From assembly GCA_013265495.1 (NCBI GenBank), contig MU057711.1, positions 930,001-994,000 of the forward strand: 64,000 nucleotides of DNA, given 5' to 3'. The DNA comes from Vicugna vicugna (taxonomy: Eukaryota). Numbering within the stretch: the first letter of the stretch is position 1; each line of letters opens with the position of its first letter. The notes under the pieces were generated by a model that searched no databases, was not told the origin of the DNA, and saw only the letters and a program-made list of their open reading frames with translations. A program made the translations under genes and the position numbers. Positions 38,825 to 50,714 of this stretch are shown one piece after another.

Positions 38825-40130
38825 ACATACACCACATCTTCTTAAACCAACTGTCTGTCGATGGACATTTAGGTTGTTTCCATGTCTTGGCTATTGGAAA
38901 TAATGCTGCTGTGAACATTGGGGTGCATTTTATTTCAGTATTTGTATTGAAGTGTGACATCCAGGGTGAGGAGTGCACACATCTATGTGGATAATGTGGT
39001 GAATTTATACAAACTGAACACACTCATGCAGCCAGCACTCTGGCCAGAAGGGGGAGCACAGCCAGCATCCAGAAGCCCCTCTCCTGCCCCAGGGAGAATC
39101 ACCATCCTGACGTCTAATGGGGCAGATGGACCGCTTCTGGTTCTGTTCTTCCTGGTCAGTGGCTTCACACAGCACGTGTTCCTTGCATCTGGCCTCTTCC
39201 CCTCGGCATCATGTGTGTTGTGTGGAGATGCAGATCTCCATTCTCACTGCTGCATCACCATTTGGTGACTCTATCACAGTTTATTCTACTCCTGATCGGC
39301 ATCTGGGCTGTTTCCAGTTTTATTTAATATAGCGCTGCCATGAAGGTCTGTGCATGTATCTTTCAATGAGCACGAGTGTGGATTCCTGCTGGGAGTGGAA
39401 TAGCTGGGTCATAGGGGGTGCATCTCTTTCCACAGTTTTCCAAAGTGGTTGTAACAATTTACCCTCTTGCCACTGGTTTATGGCAGAGAATTCTAGTTGT
39501 TCCACATCCTCACCAACACGGTATTTTCTCTTTCACCTCTGCTTTTCTGTTGGATATAGCTGTGATGTTAAAAATTTTTTTTTTCAATTCCTTTTGACCA
39601 CTTTCACCCGTTTCACCCATCTCCCACCCCTCACCTTTGGCAACAACTTATCTGCTCTCTGTAACTATGAGCTCAGTTTTTCTTTCTTTTGTTTTTCTCC
39701 CTCAGTAGAGGCACTGGGGATTGAAGCCAGGAGGTTTTTTTTTTTTTTTTAGATTCCACATATAAGTGAAGTCATACAGTATTTGTCTTTCTCTGTCTTA
39801 CTTCACTTAGCATAATACCCTCAAGGTCAATCCATGTTTTTCACAAGTGGCAAGATTTCCTTTTATCTCATGGCTGAATAACATTCATATATAGATATAT
39901 ATGTGTGTGTGTGTGTGTATACACGTATATATACATATATCTCACATCTTTTTCATATATATTTAAGACTACTGATGGTTATTGTGTGTGTGTGTGTGTA
40001 TGTGTGTGTGTATATATATATATATATATACATATATATATAATATATCTCATATCTCTTTTATCCATTTATCTAGCCATTGATGGGCACTTAGGTTGCT
40101 TCCATGTCTTGGCTCTTGTAAATAGTGCAG
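38430..40130 (-). mobile_element. Cluster of LINE-1 3' UTR fragments with (TG)n/(TA)n microsatellites
   Basis: Repeated L1 motifs (agattccacatataagtga, WKQPKCPS); microsatellites at about 38794-38822 and 39890-40050; SINE remnant about 39703-39733. Confidence 0.88.
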
Positions 40131-40667
40131 ACATTACAAGCACAAACGTGTTTTGGTTAAACAAGACAAAGAGAGCAACCCCAGAGAGAGTGCTAACACT
40201 GGCCCGGCACCTTGCTGGGCTCTTTACAGGCACTGTTGTCCACATTGCATTCACGAGCAAAACCCAACTTGCCATTGCTGGTCTGGCCCCTGCCTTGCCT
40301 CACACCATGCGGTCCCAGCTCTCTGCCCAGGGCCTCCCTGGCCATCTTCTATTGTCCCTTGGCACCACTGTCCCTCCTGCCACAGGGTGTTACCTTTTCC
40401 TACAAGTCTGCACCTCTCCACTTCCTGGTTACTCCCTTCAGGTCACTGGTTACGTGTGGTTTCCTCAGGGACCTTCCATGCCCTTGCGGAGCTCAAGGCC
40501 CTCTATTGTCCACCCTCATGGCACTTCTGTAATTTTTCACTTGTGCACATGCTTTTTGGATGGCCTCTCACTTCCACCAGACTGGAGGCTTCTGAAGGGA
40601 AGGGGCTACATGTGGTTCTTTCCTCTGTTTTATCCTCAGGGTCCAGAGCCTCATACCTAAATGGCTC

Positions 40668-41073
40668 TGTATCAACTAGGATTGGGTGTAGCAGTGAAAA
40701 CCCAAGATAATGGCGACTTAAACACACATTCATTTTTGCCTCATGTAAACAAAGTCCGGCAGTGAGGAGTCCCATTGCTTACCCCACGATCATGGGAATG
40801 GGGACCCCATGGTGACCAGGAACCCACGCATCTTCTACTTTGTCTTCAACATGATGTCCAGGTTGACCACGGTAGCCATCACTGCCGAATCCTAGCCAGC
40901 AAGGAGGAGGGAACGCACATCATGCTTCATGCCTTGTTGTAAGTCTTCCCAAGTCTCATCAGCACACATGCCAGGGAAATGGGGAAATGTAATCTACTCC
41001 AGGTGGCTATGTTCCCAGCTAAAATGGGGGTTCCGTTTTCAAGAAGGGAGACTAACTAGCAGTGTCTGCCGCA
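40668..41073 (-). mobile_element. Old MLT1-like LTR
   Basis: tgtatcaactagg...agcagtgtctgccgca ends; 'gggaaatggggaaatgtaatct'. Confidence 0.65.
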
Positions 41074-41185
41074 GCCCTCAATAAATATTTATTGCATGGA
41101 GGAATGATCTCACTTAATACAACAATCCTCTAAGGTAAGTATTATTATCCCCAATTTATTTATTTGTTTGTTTGTTTGTTTGTTT

Positions 41186-41545
41186 ATGACAGGAAAGTAG
41201 GATTTATTGGTGGGCGTGAGTAAGGAGGGGCCAGCACCATGTCTCTCCTGAATGCAGGGCCCACCATGTGTCCAGGGGGCCATGATCAGGGATGTGTTTG
41301 ACCCCACAGCCATCTGGGATGAGTTGCTTTTCTGCCGTGTTTTCAAGTTCATCAGCATTAAACTTGGTAAATCCCCACTTCTGGGAGATGGGGATCTTCT
41401 GGTGGCTGGAGAAGTCGAACTTGGCCCTGCATAAGTCCTCAGTCACATGCTCCTTGTTCTGAAGCTTGTTTGGAGGGTCACAATGACTTGGTAGATCCTG
41501 ACTACTGCCCTGAGGCTTTCCAAAGGCACCGCGCATACCTGGAGC
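41186..41545 (-). pseudogene. RPL10: RPL10 processed pseudogene (last exons spliced, 3' UTR, poly-A)
   Basis: [10 protein letters not shown]...KLQNKEHV...[11 protein letters not shown]...LIPDGCGVK...GPLD..WALHS matches RPL10 C-terminal half; indels, lost stop, AATAAA 41208-41203 and decayed A-tail. Confidence 0.96.
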
Positions 41546-41589
41546 CTAGGTTGGGGACAGCATGCCAGACATAAGTGTCCACTGGAAAG

Positions 41590-41727
41590 GGCTGTCTCCA
41601 GGGTCCCTTAGGGCAACCCATACGGGCAACAGGCTGCATACACGACCGAGAAGGCTGCTGTTTGCAGCCGTTTCACACCAGGCCCTTCTACAAGGAGAAG
41701 AGCACAGTCGGCTTAAATGGCTGCAGG
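41590..41727 (-). ncRNA. SNORA70: SNORA70 (U70) H/ACA snoRNA retrocopy
   Basis: gcagccatttaagccgactg...ggctgcaaacagcagc...gtgtatgcagcctg...tatgggttgccctaagggaccctggagacagcc matches recalled SNORA70; H box ACAGCA 41661-41656, ACA 41595-41593 three nt from the end; SNORA70 is hosted in an RPL10 intron. Confidence 0.92.
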
Positions 41728-43289
41728 CATTATCCCCATTTTTTAGATGAGCACACTGAGGGCCAGAGCGTTAGAGCAACCTGCCAAAGTAAGGTGGCCC
41801 TGGAGCCCTGGGATATTGGCTCCAGGCTCAGATCACCTACTGCCTGCCTGTGGCACCTTGGACATTGTCTTACCCTCTCTGGGCCTGTTTTCCCGTTCAT
41901 ACAGCCTGGGAGTCTCTGACCTTCTGTGTTCCCACAACAAATCTGAAGTCCCACAACCAGGAAGAGCCAGAACCCTGCAGTTCCCAGCCTGGGGCTCTGT
42001 CCACGGGACGGTGGGAGTCTAAGGCTAGCATCGTGAGAGCCTGGCCTTCATTCCTCCCACTGAGGGCTCTGACCTCCACTCAGGGACCACCTGCTCCTGA
42101 CATCAGCCTCCCCTACCAAGACCCCTGACTTCACTGTTTCTTAGGCCCCCCAAGCCTTCATCATCCTGTTAGTTTCCTACAGCTTGCCAACCAGGATCCC
42201 AACCTCCCCTCCATCACAGAGCCCCAGACCCTGGATTTGGAGAGCCAGTTTCTGCCCCCCACCCAGAGGCTTCACATGAGTCAGTAGCTGCTGGGAACGC
42301 TGACTGGTTTCTAGATGTCTGGTCCCAACAAGCTCTCCTCCCACCCGGGCCTGCCCGGTCTCTCCCTGCCTGCCTTTGATGTGAGCTACAGACTGGGGTG
42401 AAACACTTCCTTTCCCCACCACCCCAACACATCCACCAAAAAAATGCTTTTGCATAATCCACAAGGAATTTGGCCTCCAGGTGAAAAACTGCCTTGCTGA
42501 CAGTCTCCCCAGAACACCAGTGAGTTCATTCTAGAACAGTGTGTTCCCCACCCTGCCGCCACACAGGTGACATGGGCGCCCAAGTGCGTTTGAACCCCTC
42601 TACTCAGTGCGGGACTCAACCCACCTCTTGTCATCCATTCATTGTTCACAAGACGTTGGTTGAGCACCTATTACATGCCACATTGTGCTAAATGTAGGGA
42701 CTTCAGTTATGAAAAAAATAAATCCCCATGGCCTAAAGGGACAGGTGGACATTATATATAATCATCTCAATGAATATTTGATTATAGCAGGAACCACACA
42801 CACTACAGAATGGAACACAGACTGATGCACACATTTCTGCCACAAGGATTTATTGAAGGCCGTCTACGAGCCAGGCTCTGTTCCAAGACCGCAGATCAGA
42901 AAACCCCCAACTAGATGGGGGTCAGGTTGCCTGAATTATTCTGGAGGCTGGGTCAAAGCTAATTAGGAAAGATAAGAGGACCTGGGTTGGGTGGATTGCG
43001 GGGGAGGGTGCTTTAGACCGAGTATGTACAAGTCCTGGAACTTAGCAGGTTCATCCCAGAGGAGGGCAGTGCGGCCAAAGGATGGAGAGTGGGGAGAGGA
43101 GTCAGGGTGGTGCTGGTCCCCTGTGCCACCTGCTAGTCCATTTCCACTGGCCAAGTGTAACCAACCTCCACCCCTCAGCACATGCTCTTCTCTTTTGCCT
43201 TTGGGGCCCCAGAGCATCGCCTGCGTGGTCCTGTCCATGAGAGGGGAGGGACTGCTGGAGGGCGGGTATTAGAAGGCAGAGGAAGGGAC

Positions 43290-46200
43290 TTCTGGTTTCT
43301 AGTCTGGCATGTCTGGAGCTCAGAAGCTGCCACTATGTCCTAACAACAAGTTAAAAAGCTGAACAAATTGATGTTGATACACAGTGGAGGGCGGGCTCCC
43401 CAGGTACCCAAACACAGTCAGCAGAACTCCTCAAAAGTTTCCAGCCAGCCAAAGGCCAAAGAAGGGTCTCCTTCTAAAGCTGGAATGAACAAAAGGAGGA
43501 AATGAAAGAACAAAAGATGACGCTCATTACCACAACCATAGGATTTCTTAGATGTACAAACACAGGATACAGTAAGACATCAAGCCATATGCTTTAACAT
43601 CTCAGCTCACATAGAAAGTTCAGGGAAGGGACACAGTGTTGTTTCTCACAGTACTGTAATAGCTAAGAGAAAACAGGATTCTGGAAAGATAGAGCTTTCG
43701 CTTTATTGGATGCCTGAAGACCTTCTGCCTGATGTGTGGGTGAATGAAAGTGTGCGATATCAATTAAAAACTGCCTTGCTTTTGGATCCAAACATATACA
43801 GAACAATGCCGCAGAAGAGGTTGAAGAGGCAATAAATAAATAAATACATAGAAAGCGAACAAGCGGGGACACCTGCAGTCTTAGTCATCGACAATGGGTT
43901 TAGTAAAAGTTACGCGTTAGAGTCAAACCTCTTCCTTTTTTTATTTCTTAAATCCAGTATTTAGAATAATATGCATGCTTAGTGTAAACATTCTGTAAAT
44001 GAAGTAGGCTTTTCTGTGGAATATATTAATGTATTACTGAATATCCACATTTTCATGGAATAGTACTGGGGGAGACTGAGCAAACACTCTTCTGGCAACT
44101 TAGTGAAACAGCTTCTAAAAGCCTTTGCATGCTTGCTGCTTTAAGCTGCTTTTTTTTTTTTTAAACTTTTAGTAATTACAGTAGTTTATATTGGAACAAC
44201 AATTACAACATGTACCCTTACAAATACCAAAAGCACTGTAAGGATACTTCGGGTCATATTAGGAAATATTTAGACAATGCAAATTGTCGAGATAATTCAC
44301 CTTTCAATTATCATCAATAGATGTGATTGGTTGCCATTTTTGTTCTTTCGCAGAACTCTGATAAGAAAAGTGTTCAATTTGTATTTAAGCAAACAATGAA
44401 TGACATTTGCCATCAACTAAAAATTCATTGATGGAATTAGGGCTGAAAATTTCTGTTAAAGAGTGTTGCAGTACGTCTGGTGGCTCCCCTTTCAGGACTA
44501 GGGTTTTCTCATGGAGTACAGCATGGTAATATTTACCCAGGTAACTAATCTGTTCATGGTTTTTGAAAAACCTCTATTTCACATTATTTAATAATCCTTA
44601 TGTTTTCATTTTAAGTTATATAAACTTTTATTTTTTTTCCCCTGAGGGAAGCATTTAGTTTATGAGTTGTTGTCTTTTTCTTAACATAAGAAAAATTGTA
44701 TTTTTAAAAAAGTATCTTCAAACTGAATTCTTTATACACCAAAGTTGTTTTGAAAAGGAAAATAAAATCACTTTCTTGCTTAGTAATCAAGAAGCCATAT
44801 GGATTTTTTTTTAATTACAGAAATGGAAATATGTGTAGCTTGTTAGTATTGTATCAAACAAATGTTGCATAGAGATAATAGAACATTGCCTGTAAATAAT
44901 TCAGCAGATTTGTAATGTATTTTTCTATTATGAAATATACTGTATATGTTTTCCTAGAGGCATGAAAGTTGAATGTATGTATTATGGTTAGAAATAATAT
45001 TGAAGGGTATTGTAATTCACTAGTACTGCCAGAGGAATTAATAAAGCACCTTCTTTAATAATAAATGTCATTTGCAGACAAAATAAAAAAAACCTGAGAA
45101 AACTGAAAAATTAACAACTCTTCCTAAATCCATCAGAGAAGTGGGGTCCCAAGGCAAAAAGTTGCCCCTCACCCCCAAATTGGAGACATAGACAGGCTGG
45201 ATACAGAGAATCACAGCTTGTTGGAGCAAGAACATCTATGAGAACCAGCCCAGGGGTAGGAAAACCTGAGCTGTAACTTATGAGTTGCTGGAGGCTCAAT
45301 GTGAACAGTTCTGAGAGTTAAAAACTCCAGAGGGACCCTGTCATGAGGGTGCCCCATGTGTCTGTGAGTTTTACCTCCAGGAGCTCTGCAAGGTAAATAC
45401 TGAAGGAAAAAAAAAAAATCCCCTTGTGCTCCGACAGGGGGAAGGGAAAAGTGATCATTCTGAAATATGCCACAGCTCTTTGTTCTTCTCAAGAGGCCAG
45501 GAGAATTGATTTTGCCAGAGCCTAAACTACTGGGGTTTTATCAGAGCCTGACCAATTTGGGAGGAGAGAAATATGTAACTCTAGCCCACCCTAGCCTACC
45601 ATATGGGGGAAGGGAAGCACAGAGATCCAGCCTCCTCACAGCCGTCTCGCCCCACTGAAGGCAGGGTGGGGGACAAATGAGACACTGGTGTAGCCCATAA
45701 TTCAGGGCACAGGCTCACCAAAAGAGTGGGGCCTAATCACGGGGCTACAGGTGCTTCCCCACCCCCTACACCTCACCACGGCATTACTAAAGGCCTCTTT
45801 ACCACAGTTTCTTATCCAGTATATCACATCTGCCTTTCAACAACAACAACAACAACAAATTACAAGACACATGAACAGGCAAAAACTACAGTTTTAAGAG
45901 CCTGAACAAGCATCAGAAGCAGAGTCAGATACGGCATGAATGTCAGAACGACCAGGCCAGGAATTTTTTTTAAACTATGATTAACATGCTAAGGGATTTG
46001 ATGGAAAAAGTAGACAACATGCAAGAATAGGTGGATAAAGTCAGCATAAACATGTAATTTCTAAGAAAGAATCGAAAAGAGATGCTAGAGATTTAAAAAA
46101 GAAACTGTAACAGAAATGAAGAATGCTTTCGATTGGCTCATATGTCCAGTCTGACAATGAGCCCATTCATGGCTGAGGAAACACTACTTGAGCTTGAAAA

Positions 46201-46620
46201 TATGACAGTGGAAACTTCCAAAATTGAAAAGCAAAGTGAAAAAAGTCTTAAAAAAAACCCCCACAGAATAAAACATCTAAGAATCATGGGACAACTTAAA
46301 AAGTGTAATGAGAATAACAGAAGAAAGAGAGAAAGAAACAGAAGCAGTAGTTGAAGTAATAATGACTGAGAACTTTCCACAGTAAATGTTAGACACTAAA
46401 CTACAGATCCAGGAAGCTCAGAAAACACCAAACAGGATAAATAAGACACCAGACACGAAAATAAAACAACACCTAGACGTATTATATTTAATCTTCAGAA
46501 AATCAAAGACAAAGAAAAAAATTTGAGACACCAGAGGAAAAAAATTGTTACCTATAGAAGAGCAAAGATAAGAATTATATCTGACTTCTCTCTATGTAAG
46601 CAAGAAAAGAGTGCAATGAG
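43290..46620 (+). mobile_element. Old L1M 5' UTR and ORF1 remnant, split by the AEBP2 retrocopy
   Basis: ORF1-like text near 46000-46600 (ELENMTVETSKIEKQ; gagaactttcca; cagatccaggaagctcagaaaacacca); L1 resumes after 45092. Confidence 0.8.
43371..45092 (+). pseudogene. AEBP2: AEBP2 processed pseudogene, 5'-truncated, with long 3' UTR
   Basis: Translates to [37 protein letters not shown]...[20 protein letters not shown]...[15 protein letters not shown]...[19 protein letters not shown]; intronless, in-frame stops, AATAAA 45060-45065, A-tail, diverged TSD 43353-43371 / 45088-45106. Confidence 0.95.
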
Positions 46621-46841
46621 ATATCTCATATCAATTATAATAATAAAAATAAGGTTTTATTTTACATCTGCTTATTCATTCTCTGATGCTCTTGCTTTAT
46701 GTAGATCAGAGCTTCGGATCTATGTCATTTTCCTTCTCTCTGAAGAACTTCTTTTAACATTTCTTTCAAGACAGGTCAACTGAGAGCAAATTACCTCAAT
46801 TTTTATTTGCCTCAGAAAGTCTTAATTTCTCCTAAATTTCT

Positions 46842-49800
46842 TTTTTTAAACATTTTTTATTGAGTTATAGTCATTTTACAATGTTGTGTCAAATTACAGT
46901 GTAGAGCACAATTTTTCAGTTATACATGAACATACATATATGCATTGTCACATTTTTTTCACTGTGAGCTACCACAAGATCTTGTATACATTTCCCTGTG
47001 CTATACAGTATAATCTTGTGTTTATCTATTCTACATATGACTCTAAGTATCTACAGATTTTGAAATTCCAGTCTATCCCTTCCTACCATTCTCCTCCTTG
47101 GCAACCACAAGTTTGTATTCTATGTCTGTGAGTCTGTTTCTGTTTTGTATTTATGTTCTTTTTTTTTTTTTTTTGTTTCCACACATATGAGTGATCTCAT
47201 ATGATATTTTTCTTTCTCTTTCTGGCTTACTTCACTTAGAATGACATTCTCCAGGAACATCCATGTTACCGCAAATGGCATTATGTTGTCATTTTTATGG
47301 CTGAATAGTATTCCTTTGTATAAATATACCATTTCTTCTTTATCCAGTCATCTGTTAATGGACATTTAGGCTGTTTCCATGTCTTGGCTATTGTAAATAA
47401 TGCTGCTATGAACATTGGGGTGCAGGTGTCTTTTTGAAGTAGGTTTCCTTCTGGATATATGCCCAGGAATGGGATTCCTGGGTCCTATGGTAAGTCTATT
47501 CCTAGTCTTTAGAGGAATCTCCATGCTGTTTTCCACAGTGGCTGCACCAAACTGCATTCCCACCAGTAGTACAGGAGAGTTCCCTTTTCTCCACAGCCTC
47601 TCCAGGATTTGTCATTTGTGGATTTTTGAATGATGACCATTCTGACTGGTGTGCGATGATACCTCATTGTAGTTTTGGTTTGCATTTCTCTGATAATTAG
47701 TGATATTGAGCATTTTTTGGTGTGCCTATTGATTATTTGTATGTCTTCCTTGGAGAATTGCTTGTTTAGGTCTTTTGCCCATTTTTGGACTGGGTTGTTT
47801 GTTTTTTTCTTATTAAGTCATATGAGCTGCTTATATATTCTGGAGATCAAGCCTTTGTTGGTTTCATTTGCAAAAATTTTCTCCTATTCCATAGGTTGTT
47901 CTTTACTTTTACTTCTGGTTTCCTTTGCTGTGCCAAAGCTTGTAAATTTAATTAGGTCCCATTTGTTTATTCTTGCTTTCATTTCTATTGCTTGGGTAGA
48001 CTGCCCTAAGAGAACATTTCTGAGATGTATGTCAGATAATGTTTTGCCTATATTTTCTTCTAGGAGGTTTATTGTATCTTGTCTTATGTTTAAGTCTTTG
48101 ATCCATTTTGAGTTCATTTTTGTGTATGGTGTAAGGGAGTGTTCTAGCTTCATTGATTTACATGCTGCTGCCCAGTTTTCCCAACACCATTTGCTGAAGA
48201 GACTGTCTTTATTCCATTGTATATTCTTGCCTCCTTTGTCGAAGATTAGTTGACCAAAAGTTTGTGGGTTCATTTCTGGGCTCTCTATTCCGTACCATTG
48301 GTCCATATGTCTGTTTTTGTACCAATACCATGCTGTCTTGATGACTGCAGCTCTATAGTATTGTCTGAAGTCTTGGAGAGTTATTCCTCCAGCCTCTTTC
48401 TTTTTCTTCAGTAATGTTTTGGCAATTTCAGGTCTTTTGTGGTTCCATGTAAATTTTGTTATGATTTGTTCTAATTCTGTGAAATATATCCTTGGTAATT
48501 TGATAGGGATTGCATTAAAACGGTAGATTGCCTTGGGCAGTGTGACCATTTTAACAATATTGATTCTTCCAATCCAAGAGCATGGGATATCTTTCCATTT
48601 TTTAAAGCCTTCTTTAATTACCTTCATCAATGGTTTATAGTTTTCTGTGTATAATTCTTTCACCTCCTTGGTTAGATTTATTCCCAGATATTTTATTACT
48701 TTGGGTGCTATTTTAAAGGGGATTGTTTCTTTACTTTCTTTTTCTGTTGATTTATCGTTAGTGTAAAGAAATGCAACTGATTTTTGAACGTTAATCTTGT
48801 AACCTGCTACCTTGCTGAATTCTTTGATCAGCTTTAGTAGTTTTTGTGTGGACCTTTTAGGGTCTTCTATATATAGTAACATGTCGTCAGCATATAGTGA
48901 CACTTTAACCTCTTCTTTTCCAATTCGGATCCCTTTCATTTCTCTCTCTTGCCTGATTGCTGTGGCTAGGACTTCCAAGACTATGTTGAATAGGAGTGGT
49001 GATAGTGGACATCCTTGTCTTGTCCCAGATTTAGTGGGAAGCTTTTGAGTTTTTCACCACTGAGTACTATGCTGGCTGTAGGTTTGTCATATATAGTTTT
49101 TATTATGTTGAGATATGTTCCCACTATACCCACTTTGGTGAGAGGTTTTATCATAAATGGGTGTTGAGTTTTATCAAAAGCTTTTTCTGCATCGACTGAG
49201 ATGGTCATGTAGTTTTTGTCCTTTCTCTTGTTGATGTGATGTATTACATTGATTGATTTGCATATATTGAGCCACCCTTGTGTCCCTGGGATGAGCCCCA
49301 CTTGAACATGATGTATAATCTTTTTTATGTGCTGTTGGATTCTATTTGATAATATTTTGGTAAGGATTTTTGCATCTATGTTCATCAGTGATAGTGGTCT
49401 GTAATTCTCTTTTTTGGTGGTATCTTTGCCTGGTTTTGGTTTCAGGGTGATGGTGGCTTCATAGAATGAGTTTGGGAGTATTCCCTCCTTTTCAATCTCT
49501 GGAAGCATTTGGGAAGGACTGGTATGAGTTCTTCTTTGTATGTTTGGTAGAATTCCCCAGTGAAGCCATCTGGTCCTGGACCTTTATTTGTAGGGAGGTT
49601 TTTTATTGCTATTTCGATTTCATTTCTAGTGATTGGTTTGTTCAAGTGTTCAGTTTCTTCTTGATTCAGTTTTGGTGGACTGTATGTTTCCAGAAACTTG
49701 TCCATCTCCTCTAGATTATCCATTTTGATTCTGTATAGTTTTTCATAATATTCTCATATGATATTCTGTATTTCTATGTTATTTGTTGTAGTTTCTCCAT

Positions 49801-50632
49801 TTTCCTTTCTTATTTTGCTTATTTGTGCTCTCTCTTTTTTCTTCTTTGTAAGTTTGGCCAGAAGTTTGTCAATTTTATTTACTCTTTCAAGAAACCAGCT
49901 TTTGGTTTGATTGATTTTTTTCTATTTTTTTAAATCTCTATTTTATTTATTTCCTCCCTGATCTTTATTATTTCCTTCCTTCTGCTGCCTTTTGGGTTTT
50001 TTTGCTCTTCTTTTTCTAGTTCTTTTAGCTGGTGGGTTAGATTGTTTATTTGATATTGTTCTTCTTTTTTGAGGAAGGCCTGTATCGCTATAAACTTCCC
50101 TCTTAGCACTGCCTTGGCTGTGTCCCATAAATTTTGTGTGGTTGTGTTTTCATTTTCACTTGTCTCAAAGTATTTTTTAATTTCAACTTTGATTTCATCA
50201 TTGACCTATTTTTTTTTAATAGCATGTTGTTTAATCTTCATGCTTTCCTCTTTTTCTCCTTTGTTTCTCTGTAGTTAATTTCTAGTTTCATGGCATTGTG
50301 GTCAGTAAAGATGCTTGAGATAATTTCTATTTTCTTAAAATTGTTGAGGCTTCTTTTGTGCCCAAGTACATGATCAATCCTAGAAAATGTTCCATGTGCA
50401 CTTGAAAAGAATGTATATCCTGTTTTTTGGGGGTGTAATGCTCTAAAAATATCCACCAAATCTAATTTTTCTATTGTATCATTTAATTTCTCTGTTGCCT
50501 TTTTTATTTTCTGTCTGGAAGATCTGTCTAGTGATGTTAATGCAGTGTTAAAATCTCCGACAATGATTTTATTCCCAAGAATTTCCCCCTTTATCTCTGT
50601 TAATAGTTGTTTTATGTACTTAGGTGCTCCTA
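46842..50632 (-). mobile_element. Relatively young 5'-truncated LINE-1 (3.8 kb; partial endonuclease, RT, C-terminus, 3' UTR)
   Basis: ORF2 pieces: [55 protein letters not shown]; frameshifted; 15-bp TSD ttctcct(a/t)aatttct at 46827-46841 and 50633-50647. Confidence 0.97.
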
Positions 50633-50714
50633 TTCTCCTTAATTTCTGAAGGACAATTTTTCAGGGCACAGAATTCTAGGTTGGTGATTTTTTTCTCTCA
50701 ATTCTTTAAATTTT

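Noticed and set aside
39905..40660. 251-aa ORF
   Set aside because: Runs through microsatellites and L1/MIR/L2 remnants.
47884..48978. 364-aa reverse transcriptase ORF as a novel or active RT system
   Set aside because: Ordinary L1 ORF2 fragment in a 5'-truncated, frameshifted element.
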